Origin: a virus
DNA length: 64,000 nucleotides
Strand: one strand, 5' to 3'
IMG/VR virus record: IMGVR_UViG_3300019757_000164
Location: 1-64,000 of that record
A model generated the notes under the pieces. That model had not been told where the DNA came from. It saw only the letters and a program-made list of their open reading frames with translations, and made no database searches. Numbering within the stretch: the stretch's first letter is position 1; each line of letters starts with the position of its first letter. Made by a program: the position numbers and the translations under genes. Of the stretch, positions 32,755-43,219 are shown piece by piece.

Positions 32755-33180
32755 TCATTTTAATTTATCCTCCTTTATGATTATATCTATTTTACCAAAG
32801 ATCTCTTCCTTATACAGTGTAGAGATATTACCACTTGTTTTCTTGCAATACTCACCGTCCCTATATCCAACTCCTGTTGAAATTAAACTTAAATTCTTAT
32901 CATATCTTACAATTTTTGTTTCATAACTGCCATTAACGTAGTATTCCTCATATAGATACTTATCAAATAAATCTAGCTCTTCTTCTTTTCTTTTTACAAA
33001 CAGCACCTTTTCATCATTGTAAGCTTTTAGTAATTCAGACTCTCTTTTGGACATTGTAGAGTATATAAAGTTCATTACCTCCTCTTTGTTGTTGTTTTTG
33101 AATCTAATATTTACAGTATCATTTGCGTAAGTTATCTCATTACTGGTTATTTCTAGTATCTTTTCTATAAAATCACTCAT
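32755..33180 (-). CDS. Hypothetical protein
   Basis: 141-aa ORF. Confidence 0.55.
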   Translation of the reverse strand: MSDFIEKILEITSNEITYANDTVNIRFKNNNKEEVMNFIYSTMSKRESELLKAYNDEKVLFVKRKEEELDLFDKYLYEEYYVNGSYETKIVRYDKNLSLISTGVGYRDGEYCKKTSGNISTLYKEEIFGKIDIIIKEDKLK

Positions 33181-33727
33181 AGTTATTCACCCAATAATCC
33201 TTTCTTTAATATTTCTTCTCTATCAGCCGATAATCTATTTAAACTAATCATCTTTTTAGCTATTATATCATCAATATTACAATCTGGTTCACCATATATA
33301 AACATCGACCTGTCGGATAGCGTGCATCTGAAATAGCTTTTCTTGAATGAATCTTGCTTAAAATATTTACATTTATTTTTTATACATTTCATAATTTGCC
33401 ATCCTTAACCTTTCTTAATCTTTTTTGTGCTAAACAACATAATTGGCAATGCTCTCATTTTTTCTGAAAATGTGTATGTTCTTTGAGGTATCCTATATGG
33501 TCTTCGTATGCTATTTATAATAATTTTTAATAAATTCATAAATTCTCCTTTAATTTGACATATTTAGATATGGTCAGGGGCTTAGGGCAATTTTCTACTG
33601 GACTCCATTGAATCGCAAACATTTGGTATCTTTTTGTTATTTCAATGTTGTAACCAAGTTGGCAGATTTTATTCATTTCATCAAAAGCCTTGCAATTATT
33701 GCAACTTTTTTTCATTTCATACCTCCT

Positions 33728-34198
33728 TTAAACTCTTAGTATAGTACACGTTCCACTCCAACAATCAAAGCAAACTTCTTTGAGATTTCCACAGTACAGC
33801 TTATGCTTTGGCTTCCCATCTATAACTCTACCGCATTCTGTACATACTTTAATTTTTGATTCTTCAGCAATCTTCTTTAGCTCATTTGCGATTTTCTTCA
33901 TCTCCTCAATATCAAGCAAAGACTGTTTTTCTGCTAATCTAGTTGTGTCGTGAAACACATATGGTATTGTGTGTAGACTTGAAACCTTTGTATGCCAAAT
34001 CTTTTGTATATTTTTTAAAATTAGTAATGAAGATTCATAAGATTTCCCATATTGTTCCATCAATATCTTAATAAAATCTTCAATAAGTAAGCATTTGTCG
34101 TATTCTTCCAAAACCATACATAATTCCTCGATGCCCATACCACAACAATCATCAAATGTTGCTAATTTTAACCTCAATCCTCTTGCATTTTCGATCAT
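33728..34198 (-). CDS. Hypothetical protein with C-terminal Zn finger
   Basis: CTECG...CFDC. Confidence 0.6.
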   Translation of the reverse strand: MIENARGLRLKLATFDDCCGMGIEELCMVLEEYDKCLLIEDFIKILMEQYGKSYESSLLILKNIQKIWHTKVSSLHTIPYVFHDTTRLAEKQSLLDIEEMKKIANELKKIAEESKIKVCTECGRVIDGKPKHKLYCGNLKEVCFDCWSGTCTILRV

Positions 34199-34229
34199 AA
34201 TTAATACTCCTTTTTATAAAATAATAACA

Positions 34230-34301
34230 TAGTATTTCCAATAAGTCAAGTGCATAGTGTCCATATTGCCCAATTATGCATACATGATGCTCAACCGTTG
34301 A
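34230..34301. repeat. Dispersed dif-like repeat, site D, overlapping a promoter
   Basis: tagtatttccaat...tagtgtccatat-TGCCCAA-ttatgcatacat...tcaaccgttg; minus-strand TTGACT-17-TATTAT at 34221-34249. Confidence 0.8.
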
Positions 34302-34710
34302 TTATTCGTTTTAAATTATCAATCTCTTTTTCAGACTCATCTATCATTTTTATCAATTCATCGCCACTATAAATGTAGGTCGAAGTGTAGTCATCTGTAT
34401 CACAAATATTTACCATAAACCAATTTGGGAATTTTGGATTTTTATCCCATAGATGCACTGAACCAAGGTGTCTAAAATTTGAGTTTAAAAAATTCATCAT
34501 GTTTTCTTTGGAGTCAAAATAACCAATATTATATTCGTCTCCGTCATATGACACATCTTGCCATTTATATTTTTCTTGGTTGATTAAAAGATCATCTCTG
34601 CACGTAGCTAAATACTCGCTATCCCACTCAGTTCCGTCATTAGCCACATACTTGGTTATTTCTTGCTCGACTGGAACCATCTTCTTTATTGTGATTGTTC
34701 TTGTTTTCAT
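34291..34710 (-). CDS. Hypothetical protein
   Basis: YVANDGTEW motif; stop codon lies in the arm of site D. Confidence 0.6.
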   Translation of the reverse strand: MKTRTITIKKMVPVEQEITKYVANDGTEWDSEYLATCRDDLLINQEKYKWQDVSYDGDEYNIGYFDSKENMMNFLNSNFRHLGSVHLWDKNPKFPNWFMVNICDTDDYTSTYIYSGDELIKMIDESEKEIDNLKRIING

Positions 34711-34722
34711 ATTTCCCTCCTT

Positions 34723-35709
34723 TTAAAATATCTCTCTAATATCCTGCATTTTACTATTTTCCTTCATTTGTAAATAGAATTTTCTAGTTGTTGATATATC
34801 AGAGTGTCCTAATATCTTAGAAGCCATTTCTAATTCAACACCTGCATCCATGAGTCTCTCTACCAATAACTTGCGAAAGCAATGTGGAATTATTTCATTA
34901 AAACCAGTCTCTTCTCTTGCATCATTTATTAGCCTTCTGATATATGCTACACTTCTAAAGTCTCCAGAAGCCTTATATCTATCGGTTGTAAATAAATATT
35001 CGCTATTTCCTCTTCTTTCTCCTGACTCCAAGTAGTCATCTATTGCTTTTTCAACATCTTTGAATAGTGTGACTATTCTTTGCTTAGAGTCACCACGACC
35101 TTTCCCCAAAACTTTTATCAAACCCTGATCTTTATACTCTAGATAATTCTTAATTTTGAATGTAGACACTTCGTTAATCCTCAAACCTTCATAAAAAATC
35201 AACATAGCAATGGCTTTGTTTTGCTTTGGCGTGCCTCTGTCTGAGTTTTGAATTGCATCGATGACCGCTTTCCCCTCTTCTTGTGAGTAATACACTTTAT
35301 GCTTTTGTTCAAATGGATAGTCTACATTTCCACTAATTGGGTTCGTATCGATATGTCCATATTTAACTAAATATTTCATAAATGAGCCAATATTAGCAAC
35401 ATATTTTCTTAATGAAGCATTCTTATATCCATTAGGTGCTCCATCATGACCCGGTGAACTTAACCAATCAACATATTGCTGTGCAACTAGACCTTTCATT
35501 GATCTTATATTCGACACTTTCATCATTTTAATTCTATTTTTAGTCATATACCAGTTGAAAAATCTATTTATAGACTTGTTTTCTTCTTTAATAGTCGTGA
35601 TTTTACATCTTTTCTTTACTTGGTTCATTTCATAGTCTAGCATTAATTCTGCTAATTGATCACTAACTCCATCAAACTTTAATAATTCCTTCAATTCTTG
35701 CTTTTTCAT
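34723..35709 (-). CDS. Tyrosine recombinase, XerC/D-like
   Basis: Catalytic residues intact: GLRINE (R), LGKG (K), PHCFR (HxxR), LGHSDISTTRKFY (H, Y); N-terminal core-binding domain with NPI. Confidence 0.93.
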   Translation of the reverse strand: MKKQELKELLKFDGVSDQLAELMLDYEMNQVKKRCKITTIKEENKSINRFFNWYMTKNRIKMMKVSNIRSMKGLVAQQYVDWLSSPGHDGAPNGYKNASLRKYVANIGSFMKYLVKYGHIDTNPISGNVDYPFEQKHKVYYSQEEGKAVIDAIQNSDRGTPKQNKAIAMLIFYEGLRINEVSTFKIKNYLEYKDQGLIKVLGKGRGDSKQRIVTLFKDVEKAIDDYLESGERRGNSEYLFTTDRYKASGDFRSVAYIRRLINDAREETGFNEIIPHCFRKLLVERLMDAGVELEMASKILGHSDISTTRKFYLQMKENSKMQDIREIF

Positions 35710-35743
35710 TGCTGTATCTCCTTTCGTATCTCTTATTAAGTTA

Positions 35744-35772
35744 ATTATAACAAAAAGAAAAGAGCATTACAA
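35744..35772 (-). promoter_or_regulatory. SigA-type promoter for the recombinase
   Basis: TTGTAA-17 nt-TATAAT with TG extension. Confidence 0.65.
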
Positions 35773-36644
35773 CCCTTTTCTCAAAGTTTTTTTATTTATT
35801 TTCCCTATTTCTATTTTCCATATTCATTGCCCATCCAAACAGTATCATTGCCGGAATAAGTAGTGGGTTTATGATCCACAATAAAACCAATGAAATAGCA
35901 TACACTATAAATACCAAAGTTTCTCTTCTCATATTTATTCCTCCTTTGTAATATCTATCATTCTTTCTTCGTTGTTTAAATCAAATAATTCATTAACATA
36001 GAATTCAGACTCAAAATAATCATATCCATATCCTTCTACATCGGCAATCATTGCTCTTGCCCTAGTCTTATTTATAGCTTTTACTACCCACTGTTTATTG
36101 CTAATTAAACATTCTACGAGATAAACTTTATTCCTCATATAGCACCCTATTCCTCCAATCTGTTTAATCCATATGAATTTATAACTTTGCTACAACTTTC
36201 AAACTTTTCGATTATATTCGTGAGTTCATGCCTCAAATGATTTAGTAACTGTGATTCATTCTCATAACTATCGCATTCTGAATCCCACAAGAAAATATTA
36301 CTGCCAAAAATATGCAATCCTATGTACTGTACTGCTGTGCTATCGGTTAAATAGAAGCAGATTTCATCAGTTATTTCCCATAATTCATAATTCAATTGAT
36401 CTACAATATTTTGAATTTCCATTTTAAATCCTCCTTTTACTTTTATATATTTTCAATATCCAATTACTTTCTGTACAGTTCAGATTCCCACTCTGCACCA
36501 CATTCATAACAGACATACGTGTCTCCAAATGTGAAATTAACAGTTTCGCAAAATGGACAAGTTCCATCTAATTCGGCTATTTTTCGCTCTTTACTTGCTT
36601 GTTGTGGTGTCTTTAAAATTTTCATTTTACCTCCTTTTACTTTT

Positions 36645-36718
36645 ATATATTCTCAAAATTTCAACCTTATCTAGTTCATAATAACCCAATATGCATACAA
36701 TACGGTGAAAGTGTTTGA
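36645..36718. repeat. Dispersed dif-like repeat, site E
   Basis: ctagttcataa-TAACCCA-atatgcatacaat...tgaaagtgtttg. Confidence 0.7.
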
Positions 36719-36719
36719 A

Positions 36720-37064
36720 TTAAACAATATGTATTTTGTATCCTAGTTCTTTCTCTATTTCTATTTTTGTCATCTTTCTTGGTATATCCTTTGCATCAAC
36801 ATATTCTATAAAGCTTGAATACCTTATATCTAGAATGTCTATGACACAGTCCACATGAACTCCATTTTCTAGCATTGCAAACGTTCTATTCATCTGTGGA
36901 TTGCACCAATAATATAAAACCTTTACCCATCTAGAACTTGTATCACCTATTCTTCCTTGTTCAAGTCTGAAGTTTTTACCACCATTTTTTGGCGTCAACT
37001 TCTTTCCTTCTTTTAATGCTTTTATGATTTCATCGTGTGTCACATACGTCTTTAATTGTTCCAT
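36720..37064 (-). CDS. Hypothetical protein; single-gene cassette between sites E and F
   Basis: C-terminal KMTKIEIEKELGYKIHIV tail common in phage proteins. Confidence 0.65.
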   Translation of the reverse strand: MEQLKTYVTHDEIIKALKEGKKLTPKNGGKNFRLEQGRIGDTSSRWVKVLYYWCNPQMNRTFAMLENGVHVDCVIDILDIRYSSFIEYVDAKDIPRKMTKIEIEKELGYKIHIV

Positions 37065-37115
37065 AATTCCTCCTTTGTATATTTATACATCCTATTTTAC
37101 CCTACTTTTTACTAT

Positions 37116-37190
37116 TCTCTATTTCCAATGTATACAACTCATTGTGTGTATAATTGTATGTTATACATACATGACACTCAAACACGCATG
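37116..37190. repeat. Dispersed dif-like repeat, site F
   Basis: ctatttccaat...attgtgtgtataa-TTGTATG-ttatacatacat...tcaaacac. Confidence 0.85.
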
Positions 37191-37196
37191 GGTTCG

Positions 37197-37505
37197 TTAA
37201 TCCAATTTTCTCATCTTGTGTCTACTGATATAATTTTTCCAAGACTTGTACGTCATTTCTCCATAATATACGTAAGGAAATGTATTTCCATCATTAGCCA
37301 AAACTTCTTGTATTGTATCCTTCTTCTTGTATTCACATACTCTCTTATCAAATGCTTTTTCGTCTGACACCTGCCAAGAGATCATACTCATTTCTTCGTC
37401 AATTGAGTCTGAGTCCCACACTAAACACTCATCTACAAATGTAATAACTTTACTTCTCCATGGCTCACTTTCGCAAACATAGACTTCATCTTTATTATAT
37501 TTCAT
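37197..37505 (-). CDS. Hypothetical protein
   Basis: ORF with RBS. Confidence 0.6.
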   Translation of the reverse strand: MKYNKDEVYVCESEPWRSKVITFVDECLVWDSDSIDEEMSMISWQVSDEKAFDKRVCEYKKKDTIQEVLANDGNTFPYVYYGEMTYKSWKNYISRHKMRKLD

Positions 37506-37746
37506 AAAACCTCCTTCTTAAAATAACTCTTCGTTTAATGATAAAACCTCGTTTGGCGATAGTAAAACGTCTCCATCTTCCTCATATGAGTCTAGCCACC
37601 GATACTTTCCGTCCGACATTTTAACTAATCTTAACGGATATCCCATACAATCATATTGAATTTTATTAGTTCTTTCAACTACTGTTGGGTCTTGTTTTTT
37701 CATCTTAAACAGATTAAAAATATTCATTTTACCTCCTTTTGTTAAT

Positions 37747-37797
37747 TAGTGTTTTCAATATATAATTCAATCCTATGCATAAATGACGATATAGCGT
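37747..37797. repeat. Degenerate dif-like repeat, site G
   Basis: tagtgttttcaatatataa-TTCAATC-ctatgcataaat; left arm shortened. Confidence 0.55.
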
Positions 37798-38484
37798 CTA
37801 TTTTTCTTTAACTCTCCAATATATACAAATGCAATTATCTACCGTAGTATCTCTAGTTTCGTATTCATATTCACCATCTTCGTTTTTAAACGGGGAGTAG
37901 TATCCATTGATTAATATATCATGCCACTTAGACATCTTTTCGTCACTTGATATACATTCATGGAATTCATCTATTGTATCACCATAATATATTCCATAAT
38001 CTCCACTTGTCATTCCAATTTCTACTGAATATTTGTACATATCCTTAACAGTATTTACTAATATTCTTTTTAGATCGTGGCTATAATTGAATCTTTTAGA
38101 GTTGTATTCAATACTTCTTCCAATATTTCCATCGTCATGTCTTTCGCTTGCACATATCCAATCAACCAGCATTTCGGTTACATCAACTAACCCCATACCT
38201 TTAATGCCGTTCTTGTGATATTCTGGATGATGTCTGTTTTCTAAGTAGTGATGCTTAAGTGCAATATTCATTTCTTTTAAATATCCTTTATATTCTTCAC
38301 TACCATATGTACAGTCTTTGAGCTTTGGTGTAAACTCATCAAATGCTTCTTTTTCTGGTGAATATAATTTGCTTTGATCATGTGTTGCGAACCTTTTACT
38401 TAATTCTTTTATTATTTTACTTCCTTTTTCTATAACGTTTTTAATGTGTTCTATTGTATCTTTTGAGCTCTCGTAATTATCCAT
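37798..38484 (-). CDS. DUF5662-like HD-type protein
   Basis: HDQSKL, HHYLENRHHPEY, EMLVDW. Confidence 0.75.
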   Translation of the reverse strand: MDNYESSKDTIEHIKNVIEKGSKIIKELSKRFATHDQSKLYSPEKEAFDEFTPKLKDCTYGSEEYKGYLKEMNIALKHHYLENRHHPEYHKNGIKGMGLVDVTEMLVDWICASERHDDGNIGRSIEYNSKRFNYSHDLKRILVNTVKDMYKYSVEIGMTSGDYGIYYGDTIDEFHECISSDEKMSKWHDILINGYYSPFKNEDGEYEYETRDTTVDNCICIYWRVKEK

Positions 38485-38494
38485 TTATTCCTCC

Positions 38495-38878
38495 TTAATA
38501 TAGCTTTCTTCTCATCATTGATAACTTAATTTTATCATAGAAATTCTCAGTTGTAAATGTCATCTTTAAAAATACCTTTTGATAATTCATCAACTTTACC
38601 CCAAAATAATCTTCTACAAGTGCAACGGGGTTATCTTTGTAGTAATCAATTGGTTTGTATTCTTTTAACTTATTTAACATATCAAACCAAGACTCCTTAG
38701 TGTCTAAAACATAATCTTGATCTACATATTTATCATCAATTTTAATTAACTGATAATTTGCATATTTATTTTGAGATTTCAGAAAGCTAATAACTCGTCT
38801 ACCCTCTCCACCAGCCAAAACCCGTTTAAGATATATTTCGTGCTTTACTGATAATTGTATTGCTACATATAGTTTCAT
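38495..38878 (-). CDS. Hypothetical protein
   Basis: C-terminal NPVALVEDYFGVKLMNYQK. Confidence 0.55.
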   Translation of the reverse strand: MKLYVAIQLSVKHEIYLKRVLAGGEGRRVISFLKSQNKYANYQLIKIDDKYVDQDYVLDTKESWFDMLNKLKEYKPIDYYKDNPVALVEDYFGVKLMNYQKVFLKMTFTTENFYDKIKLSMMRRKLY

Positions 38879-38888
38879 ATATCACTCC

Positions 38889-39305
38889 TTAATCTAAATA
38901 TTTTATATCAAATTTAATCATATCTATTTTTTCGCCACAACCCATCTCCTCAAACTCTGGGTATTTTCTGGAAATAAACATACTCCTATTACAATCACAA
39001 GAGTGGTTATTCTCAAAAAATGCAAACCTCGCTGACTCTTCGGGGTATTCATAGCCAAAATCATACTCAATGGAGTAGACCTCACTATTATATTTAAAAT
39101 CAATAAAAGCAACGGTTCTTTTGTGCTTTAAAACCCCTTCCACCATATCTCTCATTAGTCCATACTTTTCATATTTCTTCAAAGATGCAGAAAAATGTTT
39201 TATTTCACACTCTGTATCAAAATAGTAATAATGGTCTTTGCCGTGTAGAGGGTTTCCTTCATTGAATGCTCCACCCCATATATGTAACATATATTCCTTC
39301 TTCAT
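38889..39305 (-). CDS. Hypothetical protein (NxSCDCNR motif)
   Basis: ENNHSCDCNRS. Confidence 0.6.
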   Translation of the reverse strand: MKKEYMLHIWGGAFNEGNPLHGKDHYYYFDTECEIKHFSASLKKYEKYGLMRDMVEGVLKHKRTVAFIDFKYNSEVYSIEYDFGYEYPEESARFAFFENNHSCDCNRSMFISRKYPEFEEMGCGEKIDMIKFDIKYLD

Positions 39306-39325
39306 TTTACCTCCTTTTTACTATT

Positions 39326-39396
39326 GTGTATTACCAACATTTTAACTCTACTCTGTTTATAATTCAGTATTATACATTAATAGCGATCAAACGGCT
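39326..39396. repeat. Dispersed dif-like repeat, site H
   Basis: gtattaccaac...ctctgtttataa-TTCAGTA-ttatacattaat...tcaaacggc. Confidence 0.8.
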
Positions 39397-40360
39397 ATTC
39401 TTCGTCAAACTCATCGTATCTACACTTTCTATAGTTGGCTAATTTTATATTTATATAACTACCATCAACCCAATCTTGCTGATCATTGTATATAGAAAAC
39501 CACGGCTGGTCTTGTATGTGCATTCCATCGAATAGTTTTCCTTGACAAATATCTGAACACATCATATTCAACCCTTTACCCTTAATAAAAGTTTTTAACT
39601 CATCTATTACATATTGATCAAGCCAATATATTGTAAAAGAAGTGTAATCATGGTTTGCCACTAAGTGCATTTTAGAATAGTCTAAATTATATTCTTTATG
39701 ATACTCAAACATTTCTCCGTTAATCCAGTAGCTTCCATTCACCACAATATGTACATCGTTTTCATCGAATGTTCTAATTATATCACTCAACATTTCTTCG
39801 CTATTTAAAAACCAATGCCATCTATCGTCATTTACGTATTCATCATACCACTCCCAATATCTATCATCATTATATCTATTTTCATAATCATATAACTTGC
39901 TATCACAAGTGCCTATCTTTAACCTGTCAGAGTGTTTCCAGTTTCTTTGTTTGTATTTGATCTTTTGACTGCCAAAATATCTCTTACCTTTTGGATTGGT
40001 TTTAGGAGTACATAGTGAGCAACTACAGAAGTTCTTTCCTTTATTTAAAGACTGTAGGGGTTTGTCATGTAAGTGCATATATCCATGTTTTCTTTTATAG
40101 ATGGCTTTAGACCAATTCTTCTTTCTTCTCTTGGCTCTAGTCATATCTTTTGAATAATCAACAACTTCATATCTGTCTCTATAGTTATCAAACCCGCTCA
40201 ATAGATAGTCCCACTCATTGTATTCTAAAGCCATTTCATAATAAGCTTCTTCTCCTCCATTATCAGGAACAATCAAACCAGTACCAAAATCAAATGGCTC
40301 ATTTTGTAGTTCTCTGTATATCTCTATTTCTTTTCTAGTGCATCCTTCATATATATACAA
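39395..40360 (-). CDS. Hypothetical protein; single-gene cassette between sites H and I
   Basis: 321 aa with a basic segment and CSCSLC. Confidence 0.65.
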   Translation of the reverse strand: MYIYEGCTRKEIEIYRELQNEPFDFGTGLIVPDNGGEEAYYEMALEYNEWDYLLSGFDNYRDRYEVVDYSKDMTRAKRRKKNWSKAIYKRKHGYMHLHDKPLQSLNKGKNFCSCSLCTPKTNPKGKRYFGSQKIKYKQRNWKHSDRLKIGTCDSKLYDYENRYNDDRYWEWYDEYVNDDRWHWFLNSEEMLSDIIRTFDENDVHIVVNGSYWINGEMFEYHKEYNLDYSKMHLVANHDYTSFTIYWLDQYVIDELKTFIKGKGLNMMCSDICQGKLFDGMHIQDQPWFSIYNDQQDWVDGSYINIKLANYRKCRYDEFDEE

Positions 40361-40389
40361 AATTTCACCTCTTTTCTTGTTTTTACTTT

Positions 40390-40461
40390 ATACTGTTTCC
40401 AACGCTTATACGTCATTGTGCGCATAATCACCTATTACACACACATTAGCTTAAAACGGCT
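40390..40461. repeat. Dispersed dif-like repeat, site I
   Basis: ctgtttccaac...attgtgcgcataa-TCACCTA-ttacacacacat...taaaacggc; GTGCGCATAA matches 10 of 11 nt of the E. coli dif XerC arm. Confidence 0.85.
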
Positions 40462-40703
40462 ATTTCTCAACATTGTCGTACCAACCTCCTATTATTAAAA
40501 AAAATTTAAGAAGGCTCAATCTTATATAATATATTGGCTTTAGATCGTATTTATATGTGCTAATAACCATCTTTGATCCTGAGTGAGTATTCGTTGTTTT
40601 TTGTGACACCATGCTTTCAATTGGCAATAGCATTTTAGAAAAGCATATGCCTAAATTTTTCTCATTATCACTATACTTTTGTATAAAGACTCCTTTTTTT
40701 ATT

Positions 40704-41060
40704 TTAATCACGTTGTACCTCCTCAATCTCATCCGCTTCCATATACCAATAGTAAGGATTATCAAATTCACACTCCCCACTTAGATCATTTTCACAGTAC
40801 TCACCATTTCGATCATTTTTAATTTCTGCTACTTCACAAATATCTGAATATCTAAACATTTCAGTTTCTTCGTAAATGTCATCGTCTTCGTATTTCCTAC
40901 ACTCTTGGCACTTTTTATATTTTGAATACTCTTCATCATATGGTTTGTTCTTTTCTGCTATGTATGACTTGGCACTTTCCTCATCTTTCACAAATCCAAT
41001 CAACGTAGATCTAGTGTCATACATATATCCATCTTCTTCATAAATTAAAAATACTTTCAT
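40704..41060 (-). CDS. Hypothetical phage protein
   Basis: ORF with RBS, CQEC. Confidence 0.6.
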   Translation of the reverse strand: MKVFLIYEEDGYMYDTRSTLIGFVKDEESAKSYIAEKNKPYDEEYSKYKKCQECRKYEDDDIYEETEMFRYSDICEVAEIKNDRNGEYCENDLSGECEFDNPYYWYMEADEIEEVQRD

Positions 41061-41107
41061 TATACCTCCTTTATAATCTAAATAATTTCTTGACCAACTT
41101 CTGAGCC

Positions 41108-41548
41108 CTATTTAATCTCTTCTCTGGCAGATTCATTGTTGTAGTCTTCAATCCTATTCCATCTTAAACAATTCTCCATTCTTCCACCATATGATGCATA
41201 GGTAAACACTAACATACATGGAAACTCGTCGTCATCTGGTCTTATTCTTATTTTACCAAAGTAATCTTTTGGATGTGGCAACGCAAGCTCTTCGTAAATC
41301 TCATCAACGTCATAAGGCTCTATACAATCGGTCTCAAAATAAGTATGCCAAGACTCATAATCATCTCTAAAATAGCATTCTTCTGTTCCTACCATTCCAC
41401 TAACATTCATGTACCAATTGTCATGAACTAGCCTTTTTCCAAATAGTGATTTGACCAATATATCGTATTCATGTTGATTATTAGCTTGTGCCCATGATGT
41501 CATTGTCCATCTTTGGTCTAATTTCCAATTGTTTACATCGTATTTCAT
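41108..41548 (-). CDS. Hypothetical protein
   Basis: ORF with RBS. Confidence 0.6.
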   Translation of the reverse strand: MKYDVNNWKLDQRWTMTSWAQANNQHEYDILVKSLFGKRLVHDNWYMNVSGMVGTEECYFRDDYESWHTYFETDCIEPYDVDEIYEELALPHPKDYFGKIRIRPDDDEFPCMLVFTYASYGGRMENCLRWNRIEDYNNESAREEIK

Positions 41549-41563
41549 TTTAATCCTCCTTAC

Positions 41564-41977
41564 CTATAGTTTAGGCTTGTTTTCTTCAGTAAGAATATCA
41601 CCGAATAATTCCTTCATTACTCTAACATTATAACATCTATCTTTTTCATTGTTTTTATGAAAATATGTTTGCTTCTTGATATTCTTATATGCTTTACTGG
41701 TATTACTTGCTTGATTTAATACTAACAATAATGGATTAAGCTCCTCCATTTCATCTTTGTAAGATCTTCTCTCTCTAAGAATTTCTTTTCTCATTATTGT
41801 AAGTTTGCACATCTGAGATGCGTTAAAGTCATATATCTCAGTTACATGATTTAGATCGAGTTCTTTCTTTCTAATAACTTCAATCTTATGTTTTAAGTAC
41901 GTGCATCTCTCTTGAATCTGATTTCTTTTATTTATCAGCTCATCCATTATCTCAACAGCATTTAATTTTTCCATCAT
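41564..41977 (-). CDS. Hypothetical coiled-coil phage protein
   Basis: DLNHVTE...RRSYKD...YNVRV; own promoter at about 42016-42043. Confidence 0.6.
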   Translation of the reverse strand: MMEKLNAVEIMDELINKRNQIQERCTYLKHKIEVIRKKELDLNHVTEIYDFNASQMCKLTIMRKEILRERRSYKDEMEELNPLLLVLNQASNTSKAYKNIKKQTYFHKNNEKDRCYNVRVMKELFGDILTEENKPKL

Positions 41978-42069
41978 AACCTCCTCAAGTTATATTTCCC
42001 TTATCTGTTAATTAAATTATACCATAACCAAAACCAATGTCAACACCTTTTTAAATAAAAATATAAAAA

Positions 42070-42345
42070 TACCCAGAAAATCTGGGTTGGTCTAAGCATA
42101 TTATTAAATTAAATGTTTTTAGAGTTTATAGTACTATCGACTTTGGCTATACGACTCATCTAGCTAGTGGCTCAGTTTAATATTTTTATTTCCACGCTAG
42201 TGACAAGTCAACCTATTTGTTTCACCTTCTTATTTATATTTAACTAACCCAACCGTGTGTGGTGATCAGCCACGATTATTACAGACAAACTACATATTAT
42301 CTTCTAATTATTTTATTATTTACATCCTATGTTGGGTAGTTATTG
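42070..42345 (-). ncRNA. Candidate structured non-coding RNA
   Basis: ORF-free interval with several long stems, including G-U pairs on the minus strand, ending in a terminator hairpin ACCCAGA-TTT-TCTGGGT. Confidence 0.45.
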
Positions 42346-42878
42346 ATAAATTAAATGAACATATGTACAATCCAAGCCTCTAACCATAATACTGGTGGAA
42401 ATAAGACTTGATACATTGCCTTTTTGTCTTTTTCTTCTTCCGTTTTATCGTCGTCGTCAATTCTAAATCCTACACATGATTTCAAGAACAACCCAATACC
42501 TAATACATGAGCCATATTAATTTCTGGCATACCAATCGTAACCATAAACCAGATTGATTAATTGAATTCATACGATTCCTCCATTTCATTTTCAAATAAT
42601 TTTTCGTTAACTATACTTATGCCTCCATTCTTAAAATATACTTAAATTCTGACGGATGTTCATTTATTTTTTCTGACACTTCATGGATAAATTTGGATTC
42701 AGAATAGTCAATATTTTCACCTTGAACCCAGTTGTCATAATTTGATGTACAATCATTGCACATCTGCCAATCTTTTTCATCTACTTTATAAGTACAGTTG
42801 CTACAGTCAATGACTGATAAGATTTTTTCTTGTTTTTCTTTAATATTCATAAGCTCCTCCTTTTCTAATTTTAACTTT

Positions 42879-42950
42879 GTGCTATTACCAACGGTTTAAC
42901 GATAATGTGTGTATATTCTATTATTACACATACAATGCCATCAAACACTG
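42879..42950. repeat. Dispersed dif-like repeat, site J
   Basis: gctattaccaac...aatgtgtgtatat-TCTATTA-ttacacatacaat...tcaaacactg. Confidence 0.85.
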
Positions 42951-43219
42951 TAACTTCCGTCATAATGTCTACATTTATCTAACTCGAGCCCTATCTCAGA
43001 CCATGCTTTTTCTGAAGCTTTCATATCTTCATCATTCATATAGCCATGGTCAGTAAAATCCCAGTGTTTATCTTTTATAATTATTACCTGTCTGCCAAAA
43101 GCCCAATGGTCAACAAATTTTCCGCATTCTTCACATCTAGTGCATTGTTCTTCCAATCCATACTCATCATAGTAGCTTTTGTTATACATATTCTCATTCC
43201 CACAAATTGGACAAATCAT
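42941..43219 (-). CDS. Small Zn-ribbon protein
   Basis: CPICG...CEECG; stop codon lies in the arm of site J. Confidence 0.6.
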   Translation of the reverse strand: MICPICGNENMYNKSYYDEYGLEEQCTRCEECGKFVDHWAFGRQVIIIKDKHWDFTDHGYMNDEDMKASEKAWSEIGLELDKCRHYDGSYSV

